64,000 nt of DNA, taken from the NCBI GenBank assembly GCA_013265495.1, contig MU063710.1:2260271-2324270 (forward strand), read 5' to 3'. A program made the position numbers and the translations under genes. Within the stretch, counting starts at the first letter, position 1; every line of letters begins with the position of its first letter. The notes beneath the pieces are model-generated. The model did not search any database. It was given only the letters and a program-made list of their open reading frames with translations, and had not been told where the DNA came from. Source of the DNA: Vicugna vicugna (Eukaryota). Shown here one piece after another: positions 1 through 12,924 of the stretch.

Positions 1-534
1 TTGGAAAATAAGTCAAAGCTAAGAGACTTTACTTTCAACCAGCAGGACACATCTGCTTTTCAAGTGAAATGCTCCTGAATGAAAAGTCTAATATAATATT
101 AGGTACATGAAAACTCAGACTGGATTTCAACTTGTCAAAAACTTAACTTTTATCCCCCTACTCAAATAGCCTATGGGGTGAACAGTTAAATAAATTAAAA
201 AGGTAAAATGGAAGAGACAGAAACCCTGGATCTGAAACTAAATTAAAAAAACAAAGGAAAAGGGAAAAAAAAATCACTTGCCAAAGTGTAAAACTGTGAA
301 ATGAGTTCATTTCATATGTTTGGAAAGTCCCAGCCCATATACTTTCTTCACAGATCTGGCAAACCATCATCCTCAATGTAAGTGTTCATGTCAAAGGTAT
401 TGATATTAATGTCTTTTCTTCACTGTCCACTTTTCTCCAGAACTTGACTTCTAAAAGGGGTTATTAGAGTTACACTATGTATCAGAATATAGTAAAAGCA
501 GATGACAATCACATACTCTAAATCTCTAGACTAC

Positions 535-680
535 GTGTATCAGAATCACCTGAGTTGCCCACTGCATATACAGATTCTTGCCTTCTGTTCCTGATAAACC
601 AATTCTGATGGTAGATACCCAGAATCTGCCTTTTCAACAAGCATCCAAGTTCACTCTTATCATACTAATACTTAAGAACT
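535..680. mobile_element. MER5-like hAT-Charlie fragment
   Basis: tgtatcagaatcacctg...cagattc...cccagaatctgccttttcaacaagc resembles MER5A/B as recalled. Confidence 0.55.
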
Positions 681-1616
681 TAGGAACTTTGCTTTATCTA
701 ATATAACTGATTTAGTATAAGATATATAACTACCAAATAGGAACTAAAAGTGGAAGCAATGAAGATACAAAGATTTAATGAGCTCACGCCTGAATTTGTT
801 TGTTTATAAAGTTAAATGAGACTATGTCTAAGGCCATCACAATACAAATCAAGAAACAGTTAATACGGTTTGCATCCTAAATAGATATCAGTACTGGTTA
901 AAGACAGTTTGTGTTTGAAAATAGTCCTTTTTTCCTTCTTCTTTCTTTTCTTTTCTTAAGAAAAAAGTCAACCAATCTCCCAGTTGAGCTAACTTCATGA
1001 TAAAAAAAAAAAGAAAAGCATCTATGTTATATCTGTGTTATATAACTTCTTGCTGTGCTTTTATTCTTATCCCAAGCCATTCTTCAAGCCTTGGCTTTGG
1101 TAATGATAATTATACAGAAGAGAATAAAGCAGGTGAGGGGAAGAGAGAGAAGTGAGTGGGAGAGGCTACTCTATACAGGTCGTCAGCAAGTATTCAATCT
1201 TACAAAGACATTGAAGCAAACACTTTAATTGGCCCTAATGTATTTTCTGTTTTGTTTACTGAACATTGGCAGTTTCCTCAGTAATATAAACATGTATCAA
1301 CTCTTACTATTCTGAAACTAAAATAAATTTTGATTAATTGGTTTTCAAATGGTTCAGAAACACAATTCAAACAAAAACGTGCTAAGTCATTTTATATATT
1401 CTCAATTTAACAACATAACTATGTTTCTAAATTGGTTACCTGAAGGTTATCAAAAGTTTATCTCTTTTAGATTTTCAAGGAGATAATTCTCCAAGAAGAC
1501 TGAAATAAAAAACAGATCTCTGTATGTCTTTGAGGTCATAGCTGTCCAAGGTCAAAATCTGTCAGGAACAAGCCAAACCAAAAGGGTGTCTTAGAGACAA
1601 GAACCTTGGGACAGAC

Positions 1617-1618
<2 letters not shown>

Positions 1619-1646
<28 letters not shown>
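1619..1646. repeat. (AC)14 microsatellite
   Basis: Seen directly. Confidence 0.95.
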
Positions 1647-1651
<5 letters not shown>

Positions 1652-3979
1652 CAAGTGTAAATCATGCCTATCCCTCTATGCTTAAAATAACAGCCTAGGC
1701 CAAAAAAAGATCTATGTAGGAATGATAAGGCTCTGAGATGCAAATCTTTGCAACTGACCAATCCACGCTCTATCCTCCAGATCCTCCAAAGCCACTTCCC
1801 TGCTTTAGAATTAATGACTTACACGCATCAGGCATGGGTATGATTTTCACAGTTACTGAAGGGTTTTCCAGTCTGCCCTATTCAGAACAACCACTGTCGG
1901 ACACTGTGGCTCAGTCCAAACTTGAGATGTGCCATGTTTCCACACGAGGGATTTTTTTATTCATCTTCCTTTAGCTCCTAGGTTACTTTTTGACATTGCC
2001 CTTTCATAAGCTTGATTTAGCATTGGCTTCAAATTTGGGAGTTACCTTTCAGTCAAAGGATGTCTCCATTTTACACGTGTTGACCTGGCTCTACTCGGAC
2101 CCCCCAATTATTTTGCTCTGTGTGGCGGCATCTCAGCCTTTACTCTTTCCTACACTCATGCCTTTTTTGGAAAAAGGACCCTTTTACAGACCTGATGACG
2201 ATTTCAGGTGGCTCTTTCTCTCTTCCTACTCGAAGAACTACAAGAAGGAGTCACTAGCCCAGTGCTTGTTTTATTTTCCTTCTATTTCACAATAAGTATT
2301 ACACACAATTTTTCAAAAAATCACATTTATTGTTATGTATGTTCACTGTAACAGGTAAAAAAGTAGAGAGGGGAGAAAGGTAGTTTTCTCCTTTTATTCC
2401 ACCCACGTCATGTAACCAATGATAATATTTTGGTGTTTATTCACCATTCTTATCCCAAGGCTTTTGCAAACCTATCTACACACTGATTTACATATTTGAC
2501 CTTTGCTTTTCTCATTTGATTTTCTAGATGTGGCTTGTGTTCTAAAATTTCTTTGCACTGGAACTGGATCTTGTTCAGATACTGTTTTTTCCTTATTTTT
2601 TCCTTCATGCTTTTTATATATTATCGTTTACATCATACTCTGGCGACCTTGCTTCAGCTCTTAGGAGACCTGCCAGTCCTGTTTTGTCTGGTTATGCTCC
2701 TAATGAACTGTGGGTGACAGCCCTCCGGAGATGTCCAGGTGTCATTTGGCCCCAGCTTTTCTCTTCTCTGAGAGTTAAAAGTGACTGGATCCCATGCAGA
2801 GAGCAGGCGTTAACTGATGCTGTGTGTTAACTGCTGCTGTGTGGCAACTGTCCCCTGCATGGGACTCGGGGAACATTAGCTTGAGAAGGACTCTGTTACA
2901 GCAAGAGATGCAAGAACCTGTGGAACAAACAGGGTTGCTGACAAATGAGTTAGGTGGATCCAAAACGTCTTAGTACTGATCTCTTGAAAAAAATTCTATT
3001 ACTTGATGTCGTTTAACTGGTCATTCTTAGAGCTAGAAAATCACTGCTTCTTCTAGGCAGGCTGATTTTACTTAACAAACGTAGAGCAGCTTTGCTGGTC
3101 ACTTAGCTGGGTGAACAATAGTAAAACAGATGAGGCAGCCACTGGGTGGCAGCAGAAATTTGATAAATTTACTGCAAAAATATACTTATTGTTTTATCTC
3201 CTCTCTTACTGTTTAGAGTACTAAAAGGCAACATTATTGTCAACAAAATATCTTCAGATAGGTAACATTCATCTAACCTATTTCTTCAATGTAAACTAGC
3301 ATATTCAACTGTGAGAAAGTAAAGCTTTAAAATATTAAAACTAGTGACCCAATATTCTATGAATATAGTTTAAAATTTTAACATTACTCAGGATGACTTT
3401 CTAGATGGACATAGTTCTTTTCCTAATAATTTAAAGTTGCCATTACTTTTAATAGCTTTAAAAATCTGCTAACAGAAGTCTTATATATTCAAAGAAGAAA
3501 TACTGAAGAATTCAGAAAAGACAAAGAACAAAATTACTCAAAATCTCCAAACCTTAATTAAACGTTGATAGTCACTTGCTATTATTTATATTGTCTTCTC
3601 AGTGTATAGTTGTTGGGTTCTTTAAATAATACTAATGTCTGTTTTTACTCAACACTTTTAAATTCTCTTTTTCAACTTAATATAGTGTGAATTATTTCCC
3701 CATGTCATTAACTATCTTTTTGCAATATTATAGTTATTGAATAATATTCCCTCATTTGGCTAGAACAATTTATAACCAATTACTTCTTGTAAAGCATTTA
3801 AAAAATATTTACTCCTGTTAGACAACTGTTATTAATTCTGAAGGCTAAGTAGCTGATGGTTTTCAGCCTTCCAGTGTTAGGTGGCAAATTAATGTTTCAT
3901 ATAATGAGAGATCCCAGTGAAATGGCTTTTTAGCTTTCTGATCAGAACTTTCTGATCAGAATTACTTGGATTGGTTCTA

Positions 3980-4072
3980 AATCAGAACTGCAGGGCTGAG
4001 GCCCGGACTTCTGCATTTTTTAACCAGCTACCTGAGCTATTGAAATGCACACTGAAGTTTCAGAACCACTCA
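3980..4072. mobile_element. MER5A-like fragment
   Basis: aatcagaactgcagggctgaggccc...tctgcattttt taaccagc...tgaagtttcagaaccact. Confidence 0.55.
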
Positions 4073-4334
4073 TACTCTGAATAAAACTATAATCAGAGGA
4101 CCTCAATCGTATTGTTAATAGGAAATGTACAACCTTGGAAAATTTCACATGTTTTTGTTTCTTCCTATATTAAATGGAAATGATAAGTTCTAAGGTTAGA
4201 GTGATGTTGATGGAGTATCACTATTATTTTTTCAAGAGTCCATTTCCAACTAAAATGCAGGCTTTGGAGACGCTGAGGGCAAGCATATATCTCTTCCAAT
4301 ACCAGAGGTCATGTATCGTGGGTATAACGTGCAA

Positions 4335-4520
4335 CAATTATGCTAAGCAGTTTACATGTACTGTTATCCCTCAAAACAGTGTTGCCAGGTAACCCTAATT
4401 CCATCTTTACGGATAAGCTCAGAGGTTCAGATGGGTTAAGTCAATTAACCCAGGTTACATTGTTTGTCAACATCAAAATCTGAATTCAAACAAGCCTTTC
4501 CAGTACTGTGATCTGTGTTA
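4335..4520 (+). mobile_element. MIR SINE
   Basis: Core-like ccatctttacggataagctcagaggttcagatgggttaagtcaattaacccaggttaca. Confidence 0.65.
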
Positions 4521-5497
4521 ATCTCTAGGACGCTGTCAGCCTAGAATGCAGAAAGGGGCACATACAGGTAGGCAGATGAAGTTTCTTCCTGGTTCGGTAA
4601 TGAGTTACTGTGTGGTTACTGGTTTGTCTCTTCCTCATGCTCTTTACAGATGGCAAGGGAATACTTCAGAGCCGATGCTGTTACACATCACAGAGTTGAC
4701 TGAGAGGCAAAGAAAAACCCAAAAAACTGATTTATTTGTTCTTTGTAAGCTTCTGCATTTTAGATGGTGCAATTGTCAATTACCGGTTAGAAAGCGGTAT
4801 GTATTGTTCAGGTTTTGAATTGAAAGGGTAATAAAATGCTCCATCAGACAAAAGCATATCCCTGCTAACAGTTTCTTCAAAATTTGCAGCTACTTTCAAC
4901 CAGAAGGGGGCTGTGACAGAGGAGCTAACTCTGGCCTGCACCCAGAACTGCGCAGTTTACAAAGGGCATGGCCTTTGGAGACAGAGGGTCCTTTCCAGGT
5001 GACTTAATACGTTTGACTCCTACTTTCCTGACCTGAAAATGCAACTCATACCACCTTCTTAGCTCTCAGAGGTGGCTCGAGACCTAGCAAGGCACTAGAT
5101 GATGTATGATAGGCTTTTAATATCTTGCTTGGTGAATAAACAATCCAATGTCTTATTAGAAGTCTAGCAACTCGGGCAAAGGAAAAAGAATTGACTTTAA
5201 TTATTTACTGCAAAAGTTACACTTTCTTTTCAAATTGAGCCTTTGGAAGTAGCTGATCCCATCAGTCGTACAAGAGCCTTGGTAAATAGAAGGCCTAGAA
5301 TTTCATTATTGTGCCTTGTGCGAGAGCCTCCTTTCTTTTGAGGGTTATTCTGGGAATTAGGATACTTTTATGTAAATTATCTACCACAGCCGAGGGAGAC
5401 CCAGGGCGCTACATCTGCCTTTGCTGTACCCTGAGGCTCTCCATAATCCACTCCTGCACCCACCTGCCTTCTTCAGTTCTCTACCCAAATGTGGCCT

Positions 5498-5893
5498 TCT
5501 AGACTAGTCAGCTCAGGAAACCACAACAGTGCACCATGGACTGAATGGTTCAAACAACAAACATTTATATTTTTACAGGTTGGGAGGCTGGAAAGTCCAA
5601 GATCAAGGTGGTGGCTTATTCGGTTTCTGGGGAGACCTCTCCTCCTGTCCTGAGGATGTCTCCTTCTGGCTGTGTCCTCACAGGACCAGGTGCTGGGGCG
5701 GGAGGAGGTGGGGGAAGGGAGCGAGCACTCTCCTCTTTCCTTATAAGAACACTAGTCCTATGTATCAGGCCCCACTTTTAGGACCTCATTAAACCTTAAT
5801 TACCACTTTATAGGGCTTATCTCCAAATACAGACACATTTGGGGTTAGGGCTTCAACATATGATTTTGGGGGGACACACTTCAGTCCATAGCT
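5498..5893 (-). mobile_element. MaLR solo LTR (MLT1A-like)
   Basis: ggaggctggaaagtccaagatcaaggtg...ttggggttagggcttcaacatatgattttggggggacacacttcagtccatagc, hallmark MLT1 sequence. Confidence 0.8.
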
Positions 5894-5909
5894 CTGTCTC
5901 AGTGAGGCC

Positions 5910-6190
5910 GTCCCTGCGAACCTGTATACATTTACAACCTCATACCATGACCCTCCCTATGCCCTTACTAGGCTGTGTTTTACTTCACAACACTTTATTT
6001 TCAAACATACTGTATATATTATATATTTATCTCTTTGCTACCTGTCTCCTTATACACACGTATACACACACACACACACACACACACAAAACTCAGGGAT
6101 TTTGGGCTGTTGGTTCATTCTGGTACTCATACTAGTCATGACAGAGCCTGGCACAGAAAAAGCCAACAACATAAATACTGCTGTGCCCAT
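5910..6190 (+). mobile_element. L2 3' end fragment containing an (AC)12 microsatellite at 6064-6087
   Basis: Ends in acagagcctggcacagaaaaagccaacaacataaatactgctg, similar to the L2 terminus. Confidence 0.55.
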
Positions 6191-8322
6191 GAACGGACTA
6201 GCCACCCTCTCTTGGGCATGATGGAACCTGCTAGAGATGCCAATATAGATGAGATACCACCGCCTGTTCTTCAACAGGCTTCAGTCCAGTTACACTCACC
6301 AGGCTCGCTATAAATGAATGAAGCTCTCTAACTACAAACTGTAATGTAGGAAGTGATCAAAAAGGAAAGTAGGAATCTGTACTGTACACAATCCAGAGAG
6401 ACATCTGCTTCTCACGCCGGAGCCAACGTCTCCAGATTTGCATAAATCTATTTGCTAAACTAGGGGTTAGGAAATCAGATTTCCTGTTATTAAAATCATC
6501 ATTCATTCTTGGTTATATTTATATGAGCCAACTGCAAACCATAAGAACAGGTCAAATGTGTGCGCTGCAGTACATTTTCAATATCCATCCTCCCAGGCAA
6601 GTTATACACAGAAATATCCCCTGTGATAATATTTTAAGAAATGACCATGTGTAAGAATAACCAACTACACAGCCCAGGTTTCCTTTCTGATATACTAGTT
6701 TGATACTTACTTAAAAGAGAGGAATGATTTACTTGATGTCAGCCAGAGAGCGTTTTAAGTCAAGCCATCCCAAATTTCATTAAGCTTGCAAAGGTATTTT
6801 TTAAGCATTGCCTTAATTCACTTGAATGTAAAACCACAGGAAAAATAATCTCTAATCTCATTCTCCTGCTACAGTCTAAAGAATGTTATCGACAATGCTA
6901 TCTATTATGACAATAGGGAACCCAAAATGAAATGAGATGCTGATTTACCTTCTCTGGTGACTCGGGCGGGGCATTAAGCCACAGTCCTGAGGCAAACCAG
7001 ACCACCTGTGCCGTCTTCTCCCGATGAGCTGAAGCTGGTGACAAATCATTCTCCACACAAAGGAGCTTTTCCTTCTTTTCACTTTTCTACTTTAAGGGAG
7101 AAAGTGTAACCCCTCCAGTAGGAGATGCAGGAAGGTATTTTGCTTCTCACACTGTATTGCCTAAATATTTTGACTCTGAACCTAGATCAAGTAGTCGATA
7201 GATCAGATTAGGATTTTGAAGGAGAGTTCTCTCTCCAGAACTTTGATTCTCTCATTATTCCTCCAAGCCACACCCACACTGCCCCGGGAAATAGGATGTT
7301 TCCTAGAAACGTACATGTGAGTGATATTTTCTAAGAAAATTCCTTCCATCTTATGACAGTGTTTTTGGTACAACACTGAAGCACAAAAATGTTTGGTAAC
7401 TTCACATTTCTTGAAGAATCAAGTCATCAGGAAAAGTTTTTCTCTCCTGTAATCCAGCACCCAGCGCATCAGTGCGGCTCAATAAGACGTTTGCTCATTG
7501 AATATTGGATGAATCCAGGCACTGAAAGGCCCTCATTGTTAAAATCCCCTGCAAGTACTGAGGGGTCCCGGAGTAAGCTCTGCTTACGTTCAGTGAGATG
7601 ACACTATCTCCCTAAGCAGAAAGGGAAGTTAAAGCACCTCTTGTTGGAAACAGCACAATCTAACCTTATAATCAGACAATCTAAACATATAAATTTATTA
7701 CTTTGACATACCTTCAAATAATTGCTTATTCAAATGCTTAAAATATTACCTTGCCAGGGGGTTTAAGAAAAATATTTGTAAGTAAGAGGTGACAAAAATG
7801 GCTTTGTCCTGTAGGGAAGATGGTGGGTGTCTACTGAATAGGAATGTGAATAAGTCAAAGTCATGTTCTTAAGGTGGTGGCATAACAGACAGGGGGGCAG
7901 AGGCCACTGGGGCTACTGAGTATTTTTCTCTGGATGGGGACAGCTTGTCACGTACGTTCCCAGTTCCGAGGCTGGAATGAATGGAGCAGTAGGACTTACT
8001 TAAGCAGTCAAAAAGGAAAAGATTTTAATACTGGTGATGTTTACCTCTGGCACTGTGCATCCTGGGGTTACCTGTTGACTGCCTCTTCTAGGCTTTTTCA
8101 TTTTCCCCAATGGTCAAAATGTTACCCTCTTGTGATCACCAGCAAACCAGGAAGCTTTTATTTCTCAGGGGTACTGGAACGAGGCACTGTGACTTCCCTG
8201 ACTTTAATCCAAACTTCAACTTGCATATGCATAATTGTTCTTTGTTTTCTTATCAGAAACCCATTGAATAACATGAATAGTCAGAAGCAGTCATCTTCTT
8301 AAAAAAAAAAATAGCCCTTGGC

Positions 8323-8412
8323 GGTGGGTATAGCTCAGTGGTTGAGCACACATTTAGCATGTGCAAGGTCCTGGGTTCAATCCCCAGTACCTCCATTAAA
8401 GAAAAAAATAGC
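8323..8412 (+). mobile_element. tRNA-Ala-derived SINE (camelid vic-1 type)
   Basis: ggtgggtatagctcagtggttgagc...ggtcctgggttcaatccccagtacctcca plus A-rich tail; A and B boxes; 11 bp target-site duplication aaaaaaatagc at 8305-8315 and 8402-8412. Confidence 0.85.
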
Positions 8413-9139
8413 TCACATTGCAATGCATATCAGGGCACTGCTATTTTTTGCTACAGTCTCTGTAATACGATCTGATTTTTTAACATAGGAGTATGTATTA
8501 TATTGATTTTTTTAAAATGTATTAAAAAGTACCACCAACATTGGGTACCACAACATTGCTTTACTAGGTTAACTTTTATGAAATCAACTGTCAATAACAC
8601 CAACATCTAAACAAATTCCTCAAGTCATGTAAGAGGGGTTTGGGGACAGGGCTCAGACCTGTGTGAAGGATTATACACCTTGCAGAAATCATTATTAGGA
8701 AGGACTGTGTCTTCACTGATGAGCCCTATTCAAGGGAAATGATGGCGGTGCTGAGAGGGAGGTGCTGAGAGGGAAGAATGTGCCCTCCCTCCTGGTGGGG
8801 CTGCCCTGAAACTGTGTCAGGTGAGGGCCCCAGATGCCCTGTTGGAGGTTCCATTCTCACCCAGTTGCAATCTTAAATGGCTTCACCCACTTGGTTACTT
8901 TCCCCACCACACCTTGTGGTGACGTGGTTACCCTATTGTCATAATGAAATTACCGATCATCTTTCCCACTAGCCTATTAATTTTTTTCAAGATTTGGGAC
9001 CCTCTGATTTTTCCCAGAGTCCCCAGTATTTAGCAGTATGTGTAGCAGCCATTGTGTCTTTTAGTAAATAAAAGGATGGGCTTTGGTCTCTAAAAAACCT
9101 TCTTTCATACTCTTTTCTGTTCTTTGTATTCTTTTCTTT

Positions 9140-9290
9140 AAACTCTCTAAGCCTCAGGTTCCTCGCTTATTATATGGATATAATAATAGTACCTCCCTGA
9201 TAGGGTTTTTCTCAGGATAAACATGATAATTATCACCTGTGAAATGTTTTGCGGTACTTGGTACACAGGACTTCACAAGTATTATCTATT
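9140..9290 (-). mobile_element. MIR SINE
   Basis: ctctctaagcctcaggttcctc...ataataatagtacctccctgatagggtt, reverse MIR core. Confidence 0.65.
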
Positions 9291-9629
9291 CCTATTTTTC
9301 AATAAAGACAATCTGCCTTTTGGGAGCAACTCTGGGAAAACACCGTACTTGGTGTAGTATATAACTAAATCTCTAAAAGTTTACTTATATGAAGAGAATT
9401 TATAAAATCTCCTTTATATTCAGATCCTGAAGGTTAAAGACTTGGAAATGACTGATTTATTACCCAGAGAGTCACAACTAGAAAACTGAAATTGCAGAGT
9501 GTGGTGTCTTTGATTATTCCCAGTTTTTGCCAAGTAAAGTTTTCTGGACAAAAAAAGAAAAAAAAAGATTCTACAGAAGACCCTTTCACACTCAAAAGAA
9601 TCTTTCCAAGCTGGTGGTTGTGAGAGGTG

Positions 9630-9960
9630 GTGGGTGGAGATGGGTGAAATGGGTGAAGGGGGACAAAAGGCACATACTTCTCATTACAAAATAAGTCAGT
9701 CCTGGGAATGTAATGCATAGCTCGTGCCCATAGTTAATAATACTGAATCGCATATTTGAAAGTTGCTTACTGAGTTGCATATTTCAAAGTCCTCACCACA
9801 AGAAAAAATATATTTGTATCTATGTATCAGGATGGATATTAACTACACTTGTTGGGATGATCATTTCAAAATATATTCAAGTATCAAATGACTTCATTGT
9901 ACACTTGAAACTAATATGATGCTGTATGTCAATTATACCTCAATTAAAAAAGAAAAAAGA
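9630..9960 (+). mobile_element. L1M (L1MA/MB-type) 3' end with A-rich tail
   Basis: atagttaataatactg...gtcctcaccacaagaaaaaa...tgtatgtcaattatacctcaattaaaaaagaaaaaaga. Confidence 0.75.
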
Positions 9961-12325
9961 ATCATTCTGATATCAAAAATATGAAACAAAATATAAACTA
10001 TCTGCTACCAATCATACTGTCCTCTTGCTCAAAAGGTGTCTAGTGTGCTCTCAACTGGTCCTCTGACAGTAAGGAAATTACAAATTTGAAGATTAGAGAT
10101 AACACATTATCCACAGAATCTTACTCTAAATGTAGTTTTTAAAATGCTTTTGAATTACTAAATGTTTCTTTTTAAGATGCCAACTCATTTCCCATAGCTA
10201 TTTTCCCCCTAGAAATATAAAGATTATCCCCCCCCCAAATAATGTTGAACAACAACAAAATCTACATTGATCTCACATGTGAAAGTATAAAAAGGTATAA
10301 AAATGCGTCTGGTTTCCACTTAGAAGCCATCATGGAGAACCGTCCCCACTTATACACTGAGCCTTCCAATCCCTCATTTTGAGATTTAAACTGATTGGCA
10401 AATAAATTTTGTAGCACAGTAAGAAATCAGTTTAAAATAAATTTCTCTATATAGGCATGCATAAATGTTGCGGCTTCTATACGGGAAAAGAACATCCCAG
10501 AGAACCTCTCGTGGTTCCTACAGTCACTGAGGCCAACCTCACTTTCCTATAGCTCTGTATCTGGAAGATGTGACAGCATCCCAGCATTGGATACTGAAAG
10601 CCAAATGAATCAAGGAAAATAAGACCATAGTGCTGCACGCCTATGAAATCCCTCCAGGTTCCCCCGTCATCAAGAGAATGAGCATTTGGAACACAGTGTC
10701 TGCCTGCAATAAAACCATAATCTGGAACTATAGATGTAAGTTTGGATTAAAGGCGAAGGAACCTATTTTCCACTTACCAGCTTATGATAAAGACTTTGTG
10801 GTGAGCACACAGAAAATGAGATGGATCTCATGTGATCTCAAGTGTCCAGGACCTCCTGTTGGAGCAGCTGGTGCTCCCACCCTTTCTCCATGTGGCTATT
10901 TACGGAGAGCATCCACTGAACAAGGTACTTGGAAAAAGCAAAAAGGGGAAACTCCTGGACATTTCGTTGTGTTTGGGTAAAAGCTCACCTTTGAATCACC
11001 TCTAAATGATTTCCTTAAAAAAAGAGAGAGAGAGAGATTATAGTTGGAAATTTTAGCTAATGAAAACTAAGTACCTCAGAAACAAACTTACCCATAAATG
11101 CAACGGATAAACTAAATGTAAATCCTAACTACTGATAAAAGCAGATTCAGGGAGCTCCTGTGCTCACAGAACTGATAATCAGCCAGTCTTCTTCGATTTG
11201 CTGTGACAGGACCATCTCTTTTGACTTCTCTGGCACCTGTTTGATCTGGTCCATGCTTTGCAGGACTGCTAAATATATTCAATATCAGCTTTACCTATAG
11301 TTGGGTATCAAAATGGGATATTATTTGAAACTGAAAAACACAATAAAACTATTTTAAATTTTAAAAAGGCAAAAAAATCAGCCCCTGCTTTGTAACCCAG
11401 GGGACCTTCCTCCAGTTAGTGAGAGTTTATGGTAATTCATTGCACTGGCAATAGGAGAGAAATTTCCATAAGGAAAAGGACTAGGTTCATTGCCCAATTG
11501 AGACTCCAGATTAGTCGTGACATTGGATGACTCCAACTTCTCATTTCTGCGTATCACTGTGGATAACTGTCTGTGCTTTGAACTTGAAATATTAAGTCTA
11601 GGCAACCTATAATTAAACTCTTCAAATAATTTCATGGAGAAATACTTTCTAGGATTTATGTTCAATTATCTTCTGCAGAAAGAAGCCCAGAACTGTGGTA
11701 TCAACTACTCTCCTGGCTAGGTTCTTTCAAAATAACGTACTTATGTTTGTTGACAATGAAGTTATCTATGTGAAAATTGATGAATCACCACGTAAATCAC
11801 TTGTTCTCAGATAATGCCTATAAAGGATAGAAATAAATAATTTAGATCCTAAGAGCAAATGTTACTCAAATTAGGCCACATTAATTTATTAAGAATAATA
11901 AAATGTTTATATGGAAATTATTTAATATTGTACCTATTTTATGAGAATGAATAAATTAAATATATATAAAACATTCAGATCAGTTTCAAGAAATAGCAGC
12001 TTGAAGAATGCTGGACTGTTCAATTTTCTGTAATGAATTTTGGAATAGATGATGTCTGTGGAGTAACACGATGAAGACAATAAAAATAATTCCACAATGC
12101 TAAATAAAATTAAGAAAGCATTCTATAAATATTTTAATAGGAAAATAGGACAAAAAAGGAATGCCACCATTGTAGTGAAAATGATTGAATGACACTTAGA
12201 AGTATCTCTCTTCCATTGCCTTACTTGAATAAGCTGTACTTTCATTATTATAATCGTTTAACTTCTGAGGAGGAAGAAGCATGTTTAGTTCTTTTCTTTT
12301 ACCTCCAAACGTAAACATCCTCTTT

Positions 12326-12338
12326 CGCCATCTGGTGG
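12326..12338 (-). promoter_or_regulatory. Candidate CTCF-binding site ~600 bp past the poly(A) site
   Basis: Minus strand CCACCAGATGGCG matches the CTCF core CC(A/G)(C/G)(C/T)AG(A/G)(G/T)GGC(A/G); CpG retained in AT-rich surroundings. Confidence 0.55.
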
Positions 12339-12924
12339 TTGAAGACGGCATTTTCTGTGTCGATGAAAACACAGCCGAACTGAGATTTAACAGCCAATTA
12401 TATTGAATGCTTTCAGATTCACCTTAGTGTAAAGATATGTATATTTTCTTAACCAATATAAATATAACTGAGGCCATTTTGTTCTAATGGTTCACAACAT
12501 TTTACTCAAATCACTCTAGCTGTCATATTTAAATGCAAGATAAGAAAAACTAACCAGACCAATTCTTTTAAGTAAGATTTTTGAAAGTAATTCATTTTGA
12601 AAGTTAAAATTAAATACGGTAGTAACAATTTGCTTGACATGTTACATGTCTTTTGGTCTAAAGAATTAATAACATCTTTATGGAAACAAGAAGGTCCAAA
12701 TATATTTTTAAATAAGCGTAGTAGATACGGTAAATTTCAAAGGTTTCAACATACAATAGTTAGAATTGTATGTTGACAAGTCACCATACCAAGAAAATTT
12801 AACAGTATATGTATGGTTTGTCTTCCATATAAATTCTTTCTTAAGTAAAAATTTCAATGTTTTCATTAGTACATTGTATGTATACAGATTAACTATCTCA
12901 TTCCATAAAAAAATTAAAAATGAC

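Noticed and set aside
3934-3961. 14 bp tandem duplication, each unit containing the palindrome TTCTGATCAGAA
   Set aside because: Two units only; typical slippage duplication beside a MER5 fragment; spacing does not fit a STAT site.
8323-8395. Functional tRNA-Ala gene (also 43674-43746)
   Set aside because: Disrupted acceptor and anticodon stems, A-rich tail instead of a T-run terminator, and a TSD indicate SINE copies.
9632-9662. Canonical G-quadruplex motif
   Set aside because: Part of the G-rich tract normally found near L1 3' ends.
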